This document shows positions 20,226-30,595 of a stretch of 64,000 bases of DNA, piece by piece. The stretch is from Thalassobaculum sp. (GTDB lineage: Bacteria; Pseudomonadota; Alphaproteobacteria; Thalassobaculales; Thalassobaculaceae), in NCBI RefSeq assembly GCF_040219615.1, contig NZ_JAVJSE010000029.1, forward strand, positions 214,717 through 278,716, written 5' to 3'. How positions within the stretch are numbered: position 1 is the stretch's first letter; each line of letters starts with the position of its first letter. A program made the position numbers and the translations under genes. The notes under the pieces were generated by a model, which ran no database searches, was not told the DNA's origin, and was given only the letters and a program-made list of their open reading frames with translations.

Positions 20226-21782
20226 ATGACTACCGTCATGCCGCACGCCGGGGACGCCGGCCCGCAACCCCGCGCCGGCCGCCGCCGCGACCGCCGGGCC
20301 GAGCGCCGCGGCCCCGCCGCCCCCGCCTACATCACCCGCCGGATCCCGACCTACGAGCTGCTGTCGGACGAGGCGCTGGCCCGCATCGAGGACACCGCCG
20401 ACCGGATCCTCGAGGAGATCGGCATCGACTTCCGCGGCGGCGACGACCGCTCGATCGAGCTGTGGCGCCGGGCCGGCGCCGAGGTCGCGGGCGAGCGGGT
20501 GCGATTCCCGCGCGGCCTGCTGGCCGAGGTCCTGAGGACCGCGCCGGCCGAGTTCGTGCACCACGCCCGCAACCCGGCCCGGTCGGTCAGGATCGGCGGC
20601 GACGCGGTGGTGTTCGCGCCGGCCTACGGCTCACCCTTCGTCATGGACCTGGACCAGGGCCGGCGCTACGGCACCATGCAGGACTTCCGGAACTTCGTGC
20701 GGCTGGCCTACGCCTCGCCCTGGCTGCACCACTCCGGCGGCACGGTGTGCGAGCCGACCGACGTCCCGGTGAACAAGCGCCACCTGGACATGGTCCTTGC
20801 GCACATCAGGCACTCCGACAAGGCCTATCTCGGCTCGGTCACGGCGGAGTCGCGGGTCGAGGACTCGGTGGAGATGACCCGGATCCTGTTCGGCGCCGAT
20901 TTCGTCGACGCCAACTGCGCGGTCATGGGCAACTTCAACGTCAACTCGCCGCTGGTCTGGGACGCCACCATGACCCGCGGCATGCGAGCCTATGCCCGGG
21001 CCAACCAGGGCACGATCGTCGTCCCGTTCATCCTGGGCGGCGCCATGGGGCCGGTGACCAGTGCCGGCGCCATCGCCCAGGCCCATGCCGAGACCCTGGT
21101 CGGCTGCGCGCTGAGCCAGCTGGAGCGGCCGGGCGCCCCGACCATCTACGGCAACTTCCTGTCCTCGATGTCGCTGCGATCCGGCTCGCCGACCTTCGGC
21201 ACGCCGGAGCCGGCGCTCGGCTCGCTGGCGGTCGGCCAGCTGGCGCGACGGGCCGGGCTGCCGCTGCGCTGCTCGGGCGCCTTCACCACCTCCAAGCTGC
21301 CCGACGCCCAGTCGATGATGGAGAGCGTCACCTCCATGCACGCCGCCGTGCAGTGCGGCGCCAACTACATCCTGCACGCCGCCGGCTTCCTCGACGGCCT
21401 GCTGTCGATGTCCTACGAGAAGTTCGTGCTCGACGCCGACTACTGCGGCGCCCTGCACACCTACCTGGGCGGGCTGGCGGTCGACGACGAGACCCTGGCG
21501 CTCGACGCCTTCCGCGAGGTCGGGCCCGGCAACCACTTCTTCGGCTGCGCCCACACCATGGCGAACTACGAGACCGCGTTCTGGGATTCCGAGCTGTCGG
21601 ACAACAACACCTTCGAGCAGTGGAGCGAATCCGGCTCCGAGGACTCCATGATCCGGGCCAACCGGCGCTGGAAGAAGACCCTGGCCGAGACCGGGGACCC
21701 GCCGCTGGACCCGGCGGTCGACGAGGCGCTCCGCGACTTCGTGGCCCGCCGCAAGGGCTCGATGCCTGACGCGTGGTATTGA
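20226..21782 (+). CDS. MttB-superfamily methyltransferase (no in-frame amber, so non-pyrrolysine type)
   Basis: 518 aa. The N-terminal PTYELLSDEALARIEDTADRILEEIGI pattern and length are typical of the trimethylamine methyltransferase family. Confidence 0.8.
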   Translation: MTTVMPHAGDAGPQPRAGRRRDRRAERRGPAAPAYITRRIPTYELLSDEALARIEDTADRILEEIGIDFRGGDDRSIELWRRAGAEVAGERVRFPRGLLAEVLRTAPAEFVHHARNPARSVRIGGDAVVFAPAYGSPFVMDLDQGRRYGTMQDFRNFVRLAYASPWLHHSGGTVCEPTDVPVNKRHLDMVLAHIRHSDKAYLGSVTAESRVEDSVEMTRILFGADFVDANCAVMGNFNVNSPLVWDATMTRGMRAYARANQGTIVVPFILGGAMGPVTSAGAIAQAHAETLVGCALSQLERPGAPTIYGNFLSSMSLRSGSPTFGTPEPALGSLAVGQLARRAGLPLRCSGAFTTSKLPDAQSMMESVTSMHAAVQCGANYILHAAGFLDGLLSMSYEKFVLDADYCGALHTYLGGLAVDDETLALDAFREVGPGNHFFGCAHTMANYETAFWDSELSDNNTFEQWSESGSEDSMIRANRRWKKTLAETGDPPLDPAVDEALRDFVARRKGSMPDAWY

Positions 21783-21821
21783 GGACCCAGCCCTGACGTG
21801 ATCCGCCCGGGAGTGCACCGC

Positions 21822-23858
21822 ATGGCCGACGACCCGCTGCTGCAGCCCTACCGCCTGAAGCACCTGACCCTGCGCAACCGCATCATGTCGACCGCGCACG
21901 AGCCGGCCTATTCCGAGGACGGGCTGCCGAAGGAGCGTTACCGGCTGTACCACGCCGAGAAGGCCAAGGGCGGCATCGCGCTGACCATGACCGCCGGCTC
22001 GGCGATCGTCAGCCGCGACAGCCCGGCGGCGTTCGGCAACCTGCACGCCTACAAGGACGAGATCGTGCCGTGGCTGCGCGAGCTGGCCGATGCCTGCCAC
22101 GAGCACGGCACCGCGGTGATGATGCAGATCACCCATCTCGGCCGCCGCACCAACTGGAACAAGGCCGACTGGCTGCCGGTGTTGGCGCCGTCGCCGATCC
22201 GCGAGCCGGCCCACCGGTCGTTCCCGAAGACCGCCGAGGACTGGGACCTGGACCGCATCGTCGCGGACTACGCCGACACCGCCGAGCGGATGCGGGCGGG
22301 CGGCCTGGACGGCATCGAGATCGAGGCCTACGGCCACCTGCTGGACGGCTTCTGGTCGCCGGCCACCAACCTTCGCGCGGACGAGTACAACGGCAGCCTC
22401 GACAACCGGCTGCGCTTCACCTGGCGGGTGCTGGACGCGATCCGCGCCCGGGTCGGGCCGGACTTCATCGTCGGCCTGCGCATGGTCGCCGACGAGGACT
22501 GGGACAAGGGCCTGACCCGCGAGGAGGGAGTCGAGATCGCCCGCCGGCTGGTGGCGTCGGGCCAGGTCGACTTCCTGAACCTGATCCGCGGCCATATCGA
22601 GACCGACGCGGCGCTGGCCGAGGTCATCCCGATCCAGGGCATGCGCTCCGCCCCGCACCTGGATTTCTGCGGCGAGGTCCGGGCCGAGACGAAATTCCCG
22701 ATCCTGCACGCCGCCCGCATAGCCGACGTCGCCACCGCCCGCCACGCGATTGCCGAGGGCAAGCTCGACATGGTCGGCATGACCCGGGCGCACATCGCCG
22801 ACCCGCATATCGTGCGCAAGATCAGCGAGGGCCGCGAGGACGAGATCCGGCCCTGCGTCGGCGCCACCTACTGCCTGGACCGGATCTACGAGGGCCACGA
22901 GGCGCTGTGCATCCACAACCCCGCGACCGGGCGCGAGCGCAGCATGCCGCATGTGATCACGCGAGCCGACGGGCCGCCCCGGCGCGTGGTGGTGATCGGC
23001 GCCGGCCCGGCCGGCCTGGAGGCGGCGCGGGTCTCGGCCGGGCGCGGCCACGCGGTCACCCTGCTGGAAGCCGCGCCCGAGGCCGGCGGCCAGGTGCGCC
23101 TGGCGTCCCGGCTGCCGCGCCGACGCGAGCTGATCGGCATCGTCGACTGGAGGGTCGCCATGTGCGAGCGCGCCGGCGTCGATATGCGGTTCAACAGCTA
23201 TGCCGAGGCCGCCGACGTGCTGGCGCTGGAGCCCGACGTGGTGATCATCGCCACCGGTGGGCTGCCGAACACCGGCATCGTCGAGGGTGCCGAGCTGGCG
23301 GTCAGCACCTGGGACATCCTGGCGGGCGACGTGAAGCCGGCCGGGCGGGTGCTGGTCTACGACGACAACGCCGCCCATCCCGGGCTGACCGCCGCCGAGG
23401 CGATCGCCGACGCCGGCTGCAGCGTCGAGATCGTCACGCCCGAGCGGTTCTTCGCGGCCGACATCGGCGGCCTGAACCACGTCGCCTACGCCCGCGCCTT
23501 CGACCGCCACGGCGTGCGGATCACCATCAACAAGCGGGTGCTGGGGGTGCGCCGGTCCGGCAACGCCCTGGTGGCCGCGATCGGCTCGGACTACGGCGAA
23601 CGGGTCGACGAGCGCGAGGTCGACATGCTGGTGGTCGAGCACGGCACCCTGCCGCTCGACGACCTGTATTTCGACCTCAGGCCGCTGAGCCGCAACGGCG
23701 GCGAGGTCGACCACGCCGCCCTGATCGACGTCCGCCCGCAAGCCGCGACGCGCAATCCCGACGGCCGGTTCCAGCTGTTCCGGATCGGCGACGCGGTGGC
23801 GTCACGCAACGTGCACGCGGCGATCTACGACGCGCTGCGGCTGTGCGTGGCGGTGTGA
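21822..23858 (+). CDS. OYE-like FMN plus FAD/NAD(P)-binding oxidoreductase (StcD / N-methylproline demethylase-like)
   Basis: N-terminal LKNRIMSTAHEP...AKGGIAL (OYE). Internal VVVIGAGPAGLEAA Rossmann motif. 678 aa. Confidence 0.8.
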   Translation: MADDPLLQPYRLKHLTLRNRIMSTAHEPAYSEDGLPKERYRLYHAEKAKGGIALTMTAGSAIVSRDSPAAFGNLHAYKDEIVPWLRELADACHEHGTAVMMQITHLGRRTNWNKADWLPVLAPSPIREPAHRSFPKTAEDWDLDRIVADYADTAERMRAGGLDGIEIEAYGHLLDGFWSPATNLRADEYNGSLDNRLRFTWRVLDAIRARVGPDFIVGLRMVADEDWDKGLTREEGVEIARRLVASGQVDFLNLIRGHIETDAALAEVIPIQGMRSAPHLDFCGEVRAETKFPILHAARIADVATARHAIAEGKLDMVGMTRAHIADPHIVRKISEGREDEIRPCVGATYCLDRIYEGHEALCIHNPATGRERSMPHVITRADGPPRRVVVIGAGPAGLEAARVSAGRGHAVTLLEAAPEAGGQVRLASRLPRRRELIGIVDWRVAMCERAGVDMRFNSYAEAADVLALEPDVVIIATGGLPNTGIVEGAELAVSTWDILAGDVKPAGRVLVYDDNAAHPGLTAAEAIADAGCSVEIVTPERFFAADIGGLNHVAYARAFDRHGVRITINKRVLGVRRSGNALVAAIGSDYGERVDEREVDMLVVEHGTLPLDDLYFDLRPLSRNGGEVDHAALIDVRPQAATRNPDGRFQLFRIGDAVASRNVHAAIYDALRLCVAV

Positions 23859-23905
23859 GGGGGGGCTTGGTCGGCGGGCTTTCCCGTTCAGATGCCCCCA
23901 CCGTC

Positions 23906-24916
23906 TCACGCCACGAACACTGCCCTGCGGTGATAATCCATGTAGGCGCACTGCTCCGCTCGAAGACCGCTCGCCACGTACGGCGCCTGCGCCTCCGATA
24001 GTCCAAACACCCCTGGCGTCGCCCCGCCGAGGCCGAGCCGTTCCAGATCGCGCTGGTTGAACCGCTTGGACACCTCGGGCCGTCCGTCGTCATGGAAGGT
24101 GACGAAGCCGCGATCGAACAGCAGATCAGCATCAGGGGTGAGCATCAGTCCGTTCATGCCGTCGAGCCGTTCGGCCGCCGTCTCGCAGAGTCGCCAGGGC
24201 TTGATGTGGCTGGCGATCAGCAAGGTAGGGTTGGTGATCCCCGTCAATCGGCAGACGCGCTCGACCGCGTGTACGTTGTCGCGAAACCGGCCCTGGCCGC
24301 GCCGGGCCTGGATCACAGTCCTGCGCGTCGTGTCATCGAGTGTGAGGTCAGCGGCGACCCGCTTCTCAACCGCGTCGTCCATCTCCTCGCTGACCACACT
24401 GTAGGACAGACTGTTGGCCCCGCCCCGCCGGAGAGCGTCGACGTCGTAGGCTGCCGATCCGACCGCGGATCCCGCCCCGACAATGATATCGAACACCGAT
24501 TGAGGGATCTCCGCCAGATAGGCACTCTGCAGACCGTAGCCGGTGGTCGGACTGATCGGCGAATACTTGCCCGGTAGTAGCGGGCCGAGGGTCGCGATCA
24601 GGTCGCGCGGCCGTACCGGGTTGGCAAGCGTGACCCAATAGACCGGCAACAGCCATCCGACCGCGCTCCAGTAGCCGCCAGTGCTGCCGAACTCCTCCGG
24701 CTTCGGTGCGGTAAACGCGAATTCCGCCACACGGCCCACATGACGGATCAGGCCGTCAGCGAAGGAGAGCACCAGGTCGCCAGGCACAGCGGCGCGCATG
24801 TTTTCGTAGAAGACGTTCCGGGCGCCATTTGCCTTGCGCTTCGGCGACCACAGGTAAGTGCCGTCAATTTCCTGACGAAAGGTCTGCTTGTGATTGACCC
24901 ACCGGTAGCGCGGCAT
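23906..24916 (-). CDS. HNH nuclease (HNH_2 type) with uncharacterised N-terminal domain; putative restriction-like endonuclease
   Basis: C-terminal RGQGRFR...CRLTGI...ASHIKPW...NGLMLTPDADLLFDRGF. N-terminal YLWSPK...PGDLVLSF domain of about 150 aa. GC is lower than in flanking genes. Confidence 0.75.
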   Translation of the reverse strand: MPRYRWVNHKQTFRQEIDGTYLWSPKRKANGARNVFYENMRAAVPGDLVLSFADGLIRHVGRVAEFAFTAPKPEEFGSTGGYWSAVGWLLPVYWVTLANPVRPRDLIATLGPLLPGKYSPISPTTGYGLQSAYLAEIPQSVFDIIVGAGSAVGSAAYDVDALRRGGANSLSYSVVSEEMDDAVEKRVAADLTLDDTTRRTVIQARRGQGRFRDNVHAVERVCRLTGITNPTLLIASHIKPWRLCETAAERLDGMNGLMLTPDADLLFDRGFVTFHDDGRPEVSKRFNQRDLERLGLGGATPGVFGLSEAQAPYVASGLRAEQCAYMDYHRRAVFVA

Positions 24917-25188
24917 TTGGGAGCGTTATCGTGGGGACGGGACTATTCTTCATTCCTTACCGTAGGACGGGACCGTAGCATAGCACCGTCGAAGACGGTG
25001 TTGACAGAGAGCGTCGGCGGACTCTGGAGATGGTCGGCACTTCGACAACAACGAAGGGAATACCTCGTCATCCGGCCTCGCTGTTCCGGCGTTGCGCACC
25101 CGGAGGATGAACGAGCGACGCGGCTGCCGACAACCGGGACGGGTTTTCTCGCCAACGGCGCCATTCCGCGCTAGGAACCGGGCTCCCC

Positions 25189-25674
25189 GTGACCCCTCCG
25201 GAGGCCGCCGTGCCCGTCGCCCGTCCTGCCCGCGCCGAGGATCTTCCGGGCCTGCTGGCGCTGTACGCGGCCACCGAGGTCAGCGCCGCGGCGCAGCCGC
25301 CGGAGCGGGCCGCGCGGATCTGGCGGGAGACCCTGGCGCATCCCGGCGCGGCGGTGTTCGTTACCGACCACGACGACCGCATCGCCGCCAGCTGCATGCT
25401 GGTCACCGCCCCCAACCTGCTGCGCGGCGGGCGGTCCCACGCCTTCCTTGAAAACGTCGCCACACACCCCGAGCTGCAGGGCCGCGGATACGGCACGGCG
25501 GTGGTCGAGGCGGCGCTGGCACACGCCTGGGCCGCCGACTGCCACCACGTGCTGATGCAGAGCGGGCGGGCCGATCCGCGCGTGCACGCCTTCTACGTGG
25601 CACGCGGCTTCGAGGCCGGCCGCCGCGTCGCCTATGTCGCCCGCCACCCCGAGCAGCAGTCGCAGCCGGCCTGA
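25189..25674 (+). CDS. GNAT family N-acetyltransferase
   Basis: The LQGRGYGTAVVEAAL motif is an acetyl-CoA binding Q/RxxGxG/A. 161 aa, GTG start. Confidence 0.8.
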   Translation: MTPPEAAVPVARPARAEDLPGLLALYAATEVSAAAQPPERAARIWRETLAHPGAAVFVTDHDDRIAASCMLVTAPNLLRGGRSHAFLENVATHPELQGRGYGTAVVEAALAHAWAADCHHVLMQSGRADPRVHAFYVARGFEAGRRVAYVARHPEQQSQPA

Positions 25675-25769
25675 GCGCCGCCGCCTATCGCCCTCTCTGC
25701 CCCTCGCCCTCTCCGCCTATCCGCGCTACGACTCGTCATATGCCCTGACGACCATTCCCGGACCCCGCC

Positions 25770-27029
25770 ATGACCCCGCTCGCCTCGCACCCGTCGCTCG
25801 CCCCGTTCGCCGACCGCACCGCCGATCCGCTGGCCCTCGGCTTCGCGCCCGAACGGCTGGCCCGGATCTCGGCCTGGATGCGGCGCTATGTCGACGCCGG
25901 CAAGCTGCCCTACCTGACCACCCTGATCGCCCGCGACGGCGAGATCGCGTTCCTCGACGCCTGCGGCAGCGGCGACCCGGAGAACGCCGCCCCCACCCCG
26001 CCGGTCGACCACATCGCGCGCTTCTACTCGATGACCAAGCCGGTCACGACGGTGGCCGCCATGACCCTGCTGGAGGAGGGCCTGCTGCAGCTCGACGACC
26101 CGGTGGCGAAGTTCATCCCGGAATTCGCCGACACCAGGGTCTACGTCTCCGGCCCCTACGGCGACATGACGACCGAGCCGCAGGCGACGCCGGTGACGGT
26201 GCGCCACCTGATGACCCATTCGGCCGGGCTGACCTACGGGCTGTTCGACCCCGGCCCGGTCGGCGAGGCCTACCGCAAGACGCCCGTCAACTTCGGCGCC
26301 GCCAAGGGCAGCCTGGCCGAGATGGCGGTGGCGGCGGCGTCGGTGCCGCTGTGTTTCCAGCCCGGCACCAAGTGGACCTACTCGGTCGCCACCGACGTGC
26401 TCGGCCGGGTGGTCGAGGTGGTCGCCGGCCAGCCGCTCGACCGGGTGTTCCAGGAGCGCATCCTCGGCCCCCTCGGCATGGTCGACACCGCCTTCGGGGT
26501 GCCGGCCGACAAGACCGGCCGCATGGTCGCCTGCTACGAGAAGACCGCCTCCACCCTGATGAAGCGGATCGACGGCGGCGGCGACAGCCGGTTCGCCGGC
26601 ACCCCGGCGATCCTGTCCGGCGGCGGCGGGCTGGTCTCGACCATCCCCGACTACCTGCGGTTCACCGAGATGCTGCGGCGCGGCGGCGCGCTCGGCGGCG
26701 CCCGGGTGCTGGGCCGCAAGACCGTCGACCTGATGATGACCAACCACCTGCCCGGCGACATCGCCTCGATGGGGGTCGAGACCTTCTCGGAGATGCCGAT
26801 GGTCGGCATGGGCTTCGGACTCGGCGGCTCGATCCTGCTGGACCCGGCGCGCGCCCAGGTGCTGGGCAGCGAAGGCGAGTTCGCCTGGGGCGGCCTGGCC
26901 AGCACCGGGTTCTGGATCGACCGGACCGAGGGCATCTCGGCGATCGTCGTCACCCAACTGGTGCCGTCCTCGTCCTGGCCGATCCGCCGCGAGCTGCGCA
27001 ACCTGGCGTATCAGGCGCTGGTCGACTGA
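25770..27029 (+). CDS. Serine hydrolase (class C beta-lactamase-related esterase family)
   Basis: S-x-x-K as YSMTKPVT. 419 aa with no obvious signal peptide. Confidence 0.8.
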   Translation: MTPLASHPSLAPFADRTADPLALGFAPERLARISAWMRRYVDAGKLPYLTTLIARDGEIAFLDACGSGDPENAAPTPPVDHIARFYSMTKPVTTVAAMTLLEEGLLQLDDPVAKFIPEFADTRVYVSGPYGDMTTEPQATPVTVRHLMTHSAGLTYGLFDPGPVGEAYRKTPVNFGAAKGSLAEMAVAAASVPLCFQPGTKWTYSVATDVLGRVVEVVAGQPLDRVFQERILGPLGMVDTAFGVPADKTGRMVACYEKTASTLMKRIDGGGDSRFAGTPAILSGGGGLVSTIPDYLRFTEMLRRGGALGGARVLGRKTVDLMMTNHLPGDIASMGVETFSEMPMVGMGFGLGGSILLDPARAQVLGSEGEFAWGGLASTGFWIDRTEGISAIVVTQLVPSSSWPIRRELRNLAYQALVD

Positions 27030-27076
27030 CCCTTCGAGGCCCCCGCTTGCGCGGCGGCACCTCAGGATGAAAGAGA

Positions 27077-27211
27077 GGCGGCGGGTGGGTCCCGGAGCCG
27101 GTCGCTGACGCGACCCCTCCGGGATGACGAAAGGGGATGGCCAGCCAGCCATCTCCTTTTCCGTCATTCCGGAGACGCGAAGCGGGCTCCGGAACCCACG
27201 ATGCGACGGGC
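27077..27211 (-). repeat. Nested-palindromic element, copy d (reverse orientation)
   Basis: GGCGGCGGGTGGGTCCCGGAGCCGG...GGGATGACG...CGTCATTCCGG...CCGGAACCCACGATGCGACGGGC. The P end lies 23 nt from the stop of the minus-strand CoA-transferase gene. Confidence 0.85.
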
Positions 27212-27234
27212 GCCGGCGGTTCAGGCGGCCGGCG

Positions 27235-29163
27235 CTACTCCCGGTCCTGCAGGAAGGCGCGCGCCTCGGCCTGGGTCTCGAAGATGTGCGGCGCCACCCG
27301 GCGGGTCAGCGCGCGGCCGAGCTTGAGCCGCATGAAGGCGCTGGTGGTGTAGCGCGAAACCTGGGTGTACCAGGTCTCCTCCATGCTGCGGACCATGTCG
27401 ACATAGGCGTCGGCGACGTCGTCGTCGAAGCGGAACCGGTCGTAGTTGACGACCACGGCGACCCGCCGGCCGATCTGCCGGCAGCGCTCGCCGACCACCG
27501 TGCGGATCGCCTCCACGTCCTCCAGCCGCCGGACATGCAGGTTCTCGAAGTTCAGGAACAGGATGTTGCGCTCCGGGTCGTAGCCGACGCGGTCGGTCAG
27601 GTCGAGGTCGAGCAGCCGCTCGCGCAGCTCCATCGGCCGGTCCTCGAACAGCCGTGCGTCCATTGGCTTCAGGGCGTCGACGACCGGCCGGAACGCCATG
27701 TGGGCGAGGATATCGCGCTCGAGGTCGACGCCGGGCGCGATCTCGGCCAGCCGCAGCCCGTTGCGGTCCAGCGTGAACACGCAGCGTTCGGTGACGTAGA
27801 GCACGGTCTGGCCGACCTCCAGCGCCCGGCGACCGGAGAACGTGACCTGCTCGACCGCGGCGGCGAACTTGGCCGCCCGCCCTTCCCGGCGGACCGCCAG
27901 CCGCCCGTCCCCGACCTCGACGTCGAGCCCGCCGGCGGTGAAGGTGCCGGCGAACACCACCTTGCGCGCGCTCTGCGAGATGTTGATGAAGCCGCCGGCG
28001 CCGGCCAGCCTGGGGCCGAAGCGGCTGACATTCACGTTGCCGTCGCCATCGCACTCGGCCATGCCGAGGCAGGCCATGTCGAGGCCGCCGCCGTCGTAGA
28101 AGTCGAACTGCTGATTCTGGTCGATCACCGCCTCGGTGTTGACCGCGGCGCCGAAGTCGAGGCCGCTCGCCGGCATGCCGCCGATCACGCCGGGCTCGGC
28201 GGTCAGGGTGATCAGGTCGAGCAGGCGCTCCTCGTTGGCCACCGCGGCGACGCCCTCGGGCATGCCGATGCCGAGGTTGACGACGCCGTTCACCGGCAGT
28301 TCCAGGGCGCAGCGCCGGGCGATCACCTTGCGGGCGTCCAGCGGCATCCGGGCGAGGCCGTCGAGCGGCACCTGGATCTCGCCGGAATAGGCCGGGTTGT
28401 AGACCGTCGCGTAGGTCTGGTGGTGATGCTCCGGCTCGGCGACCACGACACAGTCGACCAGCGGCCCCGGGATGACGACGTCGCGCGCCTTCAGCGACCC
28501 GTCGCGGGCCAGCCGCTCGACCTGCACGACCACGATGCCGCCGGACGCCCGGGCCGCCATCGCCATCGCCAGGTTGTCCAGGGTCAGGGCCTCGCGCTCC
28601 ATGGTGACGTTGCCGCCGGGATCGGCGGTGGTGCCGCGCAGGAAGGCGACGTGGACCGGCATGGCGCGGTACAGCAGCCACTCCTGGCCGTCGATCTCGA
28701 CCAGGCTGACCAGGTCGTCCTTCGTAACCTCGTTGATCTTGCCGCCGCCGAGGCGCGGGTCGACGAAGGTGCCGATGCCGATCTTGCTGAGCGTGCCCGG
28801 CCGCTTCGCGGCGATGTCGCGGTACAGGTGCGAGATGCAGCCCTGCGGCAGGTTGTAGGCCTCGATCCGGTTCTCCAGCGCCAGCCGGCCGATCTTCGGC
28901 ACCAGCCCGAAATGGCCGCCGACGACGCGCTTCAGCAGGCCGTCATGGCCGAGATGGTTGAGCCCGCGGTCCTTGCCGTCGCCCTGGCCGGCGGCGAACA
29001 GCAGCGTCAGGTCGCGCGGCTCGCCGGTGTCGACGAAGCGGTCCTCGAGCGCCGCCAGCAGCCCCTCGGGCGTGCCGATGCCGACGAAGCCGGAGGTCGC
29101 CAGGGTATCGCCGGACCGCACGACGGCGACCGCGTCCTCGATGGTCGTGACCTTGTTCTTCAT
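27235..29163 (-). CDS. Acyl-CoA:acetate/3-ketoacid CoA-transferase (YdiF-like, fused subunits)
   Basis: [33 protein letters not shown]... 642 aa. Start set at ATG 29163. Confidence 0.8.
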   Translation of the reverse strand: MKNKVTTIEDAVAVVRSGDTLATSGFVGIGTPEGLLAALEDRFVDTGEPRDLTLLFAAGQGDGKDRGLNHLGHDGLLKRVVGGHFGLVPKIGRLALENRIEAYNLPQGCISHLYRDIAAKRPGTLSKIGIGTFVDPRLGGGKINEVTKDDLVSLVEIDGQEWLLYRAMPVHVAFLRGTTADPGGNVTMEREALTLDNLAMAMAARASGGIVVVQVERLARDGSLKARDVVIPGPLVDCVVVAEPEHHHQTYATVYNPAYSGEIQVPLDGLARMPLDARKVIARRCALELPVNGVVNLGIGMPEGVAAVANEERLLDLITLTAEPGVIGGMPASGLDFGAAVNTEAVIDQNQQFDFYDGGGLDMACLGMAECDGDGNVNVSRFGPRLAGAGGFINISQSARKVVFAGTFTAGGLDVEVGDGRLAVRREGRAAKFAAAVEQVTFSGRRALEVGQTVLYVTERCVFTLDRNGLRLAEIAPGVDLERDILAHMAFRPVVDALKPMDARLFEDRPMELRERLLDLDLTDRVGYDPERNILFLNFENLHVRRLEDVEAIRTVVGERCRQIGRRVAVVVNYDRFRFDDDVADAYVDMVRSMEETWYTQVSRYTTSAFMRLKLGRALTRRVAPHIFETQAEARAFLQDRE

Positions 29164-29334
29164 CCCCGCCTCGGCGCTGCCCGGTCGCGTCTCCACGCCG
29201 CAAGGCTACGCCATTTTGCCGCGTCCGGCGCCATCGTAGACGCAGACGTGCCAGGCCGCATGACCATCGATCCGATGCCGGTCGGTCACCCGCCGGGAGC
29301 CCGTCACACCATCTATGGGATTCACATATCTCGC

Positions 29335-29493
29335 GGCGGCGGGTGGGTTCCGGAGCCGGACGCTCGCGCGTCCCCTCCGGAATGACGAAGGTGGGCAGGA
29401 TTTGGCCGGCTTCCCTCCCGGATCCACCCCTCACTTCGTCATCCCGGAGGGGCTGCGCGAGCAGCCGGCTCCGGGATCCACTGCGTGACGGGC
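29335..29493 (-). repeat. Nested-palindromic element, copy e (reverse orientation)
   Basis: GGCGGCGGGTGGGTTCCGGAGCCGG...CCGGAATGACG...CGTCATCCCGG...CCGGGATCCACTGCGTGACGGGC. Lies downstream of tonB on the minus strand. Confidence 0.8.
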
Positions 29494-29575
29494 ACTGCCA
29501 AATACTTCAAGAAGCTGACGTTTTCGCGATGTGTGAACACCATAGACGACGCGACGGGCGGCAGAGCGGCCGGAT

Positions 29576-30595
29576 CTACCGCAGCAGGAACTGCACCGGC
29601 ACCCGGACCTCGAGCCGGGCCTGAGGGAAGCTCTCCGGCAGCGGCGGCAGCGGCGCGGCGCGCTCGATCATCTCGACCACGGCCCGATCGAGCGACGCGT
29701 CGCCGGCGCTGCGGGCGATCCGGTGCGAGATCACCCGGCCGGCGCGGTCCATCACGAACACCAGCATCGCGGTCCCCTCGATCCGCCGGCGTCGGGCCTG
29801 GTGCGGATAGTCCTTGTGGCGCTCCAGCCAGGCCCGCAGCTGGCTCATGTAGTCGGCGGCGCCGCCCGGTGCCGCAGCCTGCGCGGCCGTGCCCGGCTCG
29901 GCGCGCGGTGACGGCTGACCGCCGGCCGACTGGCTGCTGGCCCGGCCCGTGGTCTCGGCGGAAGCCGAGGCGGCAGCGGTTGGCGGCGGGGCCTCGGCAG
30001 CCTGCACCGCCTCCACCGACGGCTTGCGGACAGGCGGCGGCTCCGCCCGCGCGACCTCGCGCTTCGGTACCTCGGGCCGCGGCTGCGGCACCGGCGGCGG
30101 TCTCACCTCCTCGGCCGATACCTGCTCGGGCTCGGGTGGCCTTGCAGCCTGCGGCTCGGGCATCACGGTAGGCACCACATCCGGCTTCGGCGGAACCACC
30201 GGCTCGGGCCGCTCCGGCTGCGGCGCCGGGACCGTCTCGACCAGCGGCGTCGGCGGCGGGGTGACCGGCGGCACGGTCTCCGGCACCACCTCGGCCTTCG
30301 GGGCCTCGACCGCCTCGGCCGTCGGCCGGGCAACCGTCTCGACCGGCGGCGCGGTCGGCGCGGTCGGCGCGACCGCCGCGGTCGTGACCTGCCGGGCGTC
30401 CTGCCGCGGCCCGACCGGCGACGGTGCGGCCGACGGGCCGGCGGCCGGCGCCAGCATGACCTGGACGCTGCCGCCACCGCCCGGGCTTGCGGCCGGCGGG
30501 CTCGGCGACTGCAGGACCCACATCGCGACCGCCGCGTGCAGGCCGAGGGCCGCGGTCCCGGCCATCGTCCAGTGGCGTGTCCGGACCTCGGTCAT
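29576..30595 (-). CDS. tonB: Energy transducer TonB
   Basis: N-terminal TM, a long Pro-rich spacer and a C-terminal TonB_C (YPHQARRRRIEGTAMLVFVMDRAGRV). ATGA overlap with exbD. Confidence 0.85.
   Translation of the reverse strand: MTEVRTRHWTMAGTAALGLHAAVAMWVLQSPSPPAASPGGGGSVQVMLAPAAGPSAAPSPVGPRQDARQVTTAAVAPTAPTAPPVETVARPTAEAVEAPKAEVVPETVPPVTPPPTPLVETVPAPQPERPEPVVPPKPDVVPTVMPEPQAARPPEPEQVSAEEVRPPPVPQPRPEVPKREVARAEPPPVRKPSVEAVQAAEAPPPTAAASASAETTGRASSQSAGGQPSPRAEPGTAAQAAAPGGAADYMSQLRAWLERHKDYPHQARRRRIEGTAMLVFVMDRAGRVISHRIARSAGDASLDRAVVEMIERAAPLPPLPESFPQARLEVRVPVQFLLR

Noticed and set aside
20631-23741. Very long antisense ORFs, for example 20631-23741(-), 35554-38757(-), 54512-56830(-), 335-1795(-) and 11562-13352(-)
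   Set aside because: Their translations are Arg/Gly/Pro/Ala-rich and of low complexity. They lie fully opposite ORFs with clear family motifs. They are the usual shadow ORFs of high-GC DNA, where stop codons are rare.
25065-25120. Possible tenth copy of the palindromic element (TCGTCATCCGG...CCGGAGGATGAACGAGCGACG)
   Set aside because: Only the inner-arm motif is recognisable. It is imperfect and in inverted order, and the outer termini are absent. It is treated as a decayed remnant at best.
29540-29562. Extra GACGCGACGGGCGG motif near the tonB stop, resembling a P terminus
   Set aside because: It is an isolated match of about 12 nt with no partner arms, and is too short to call.
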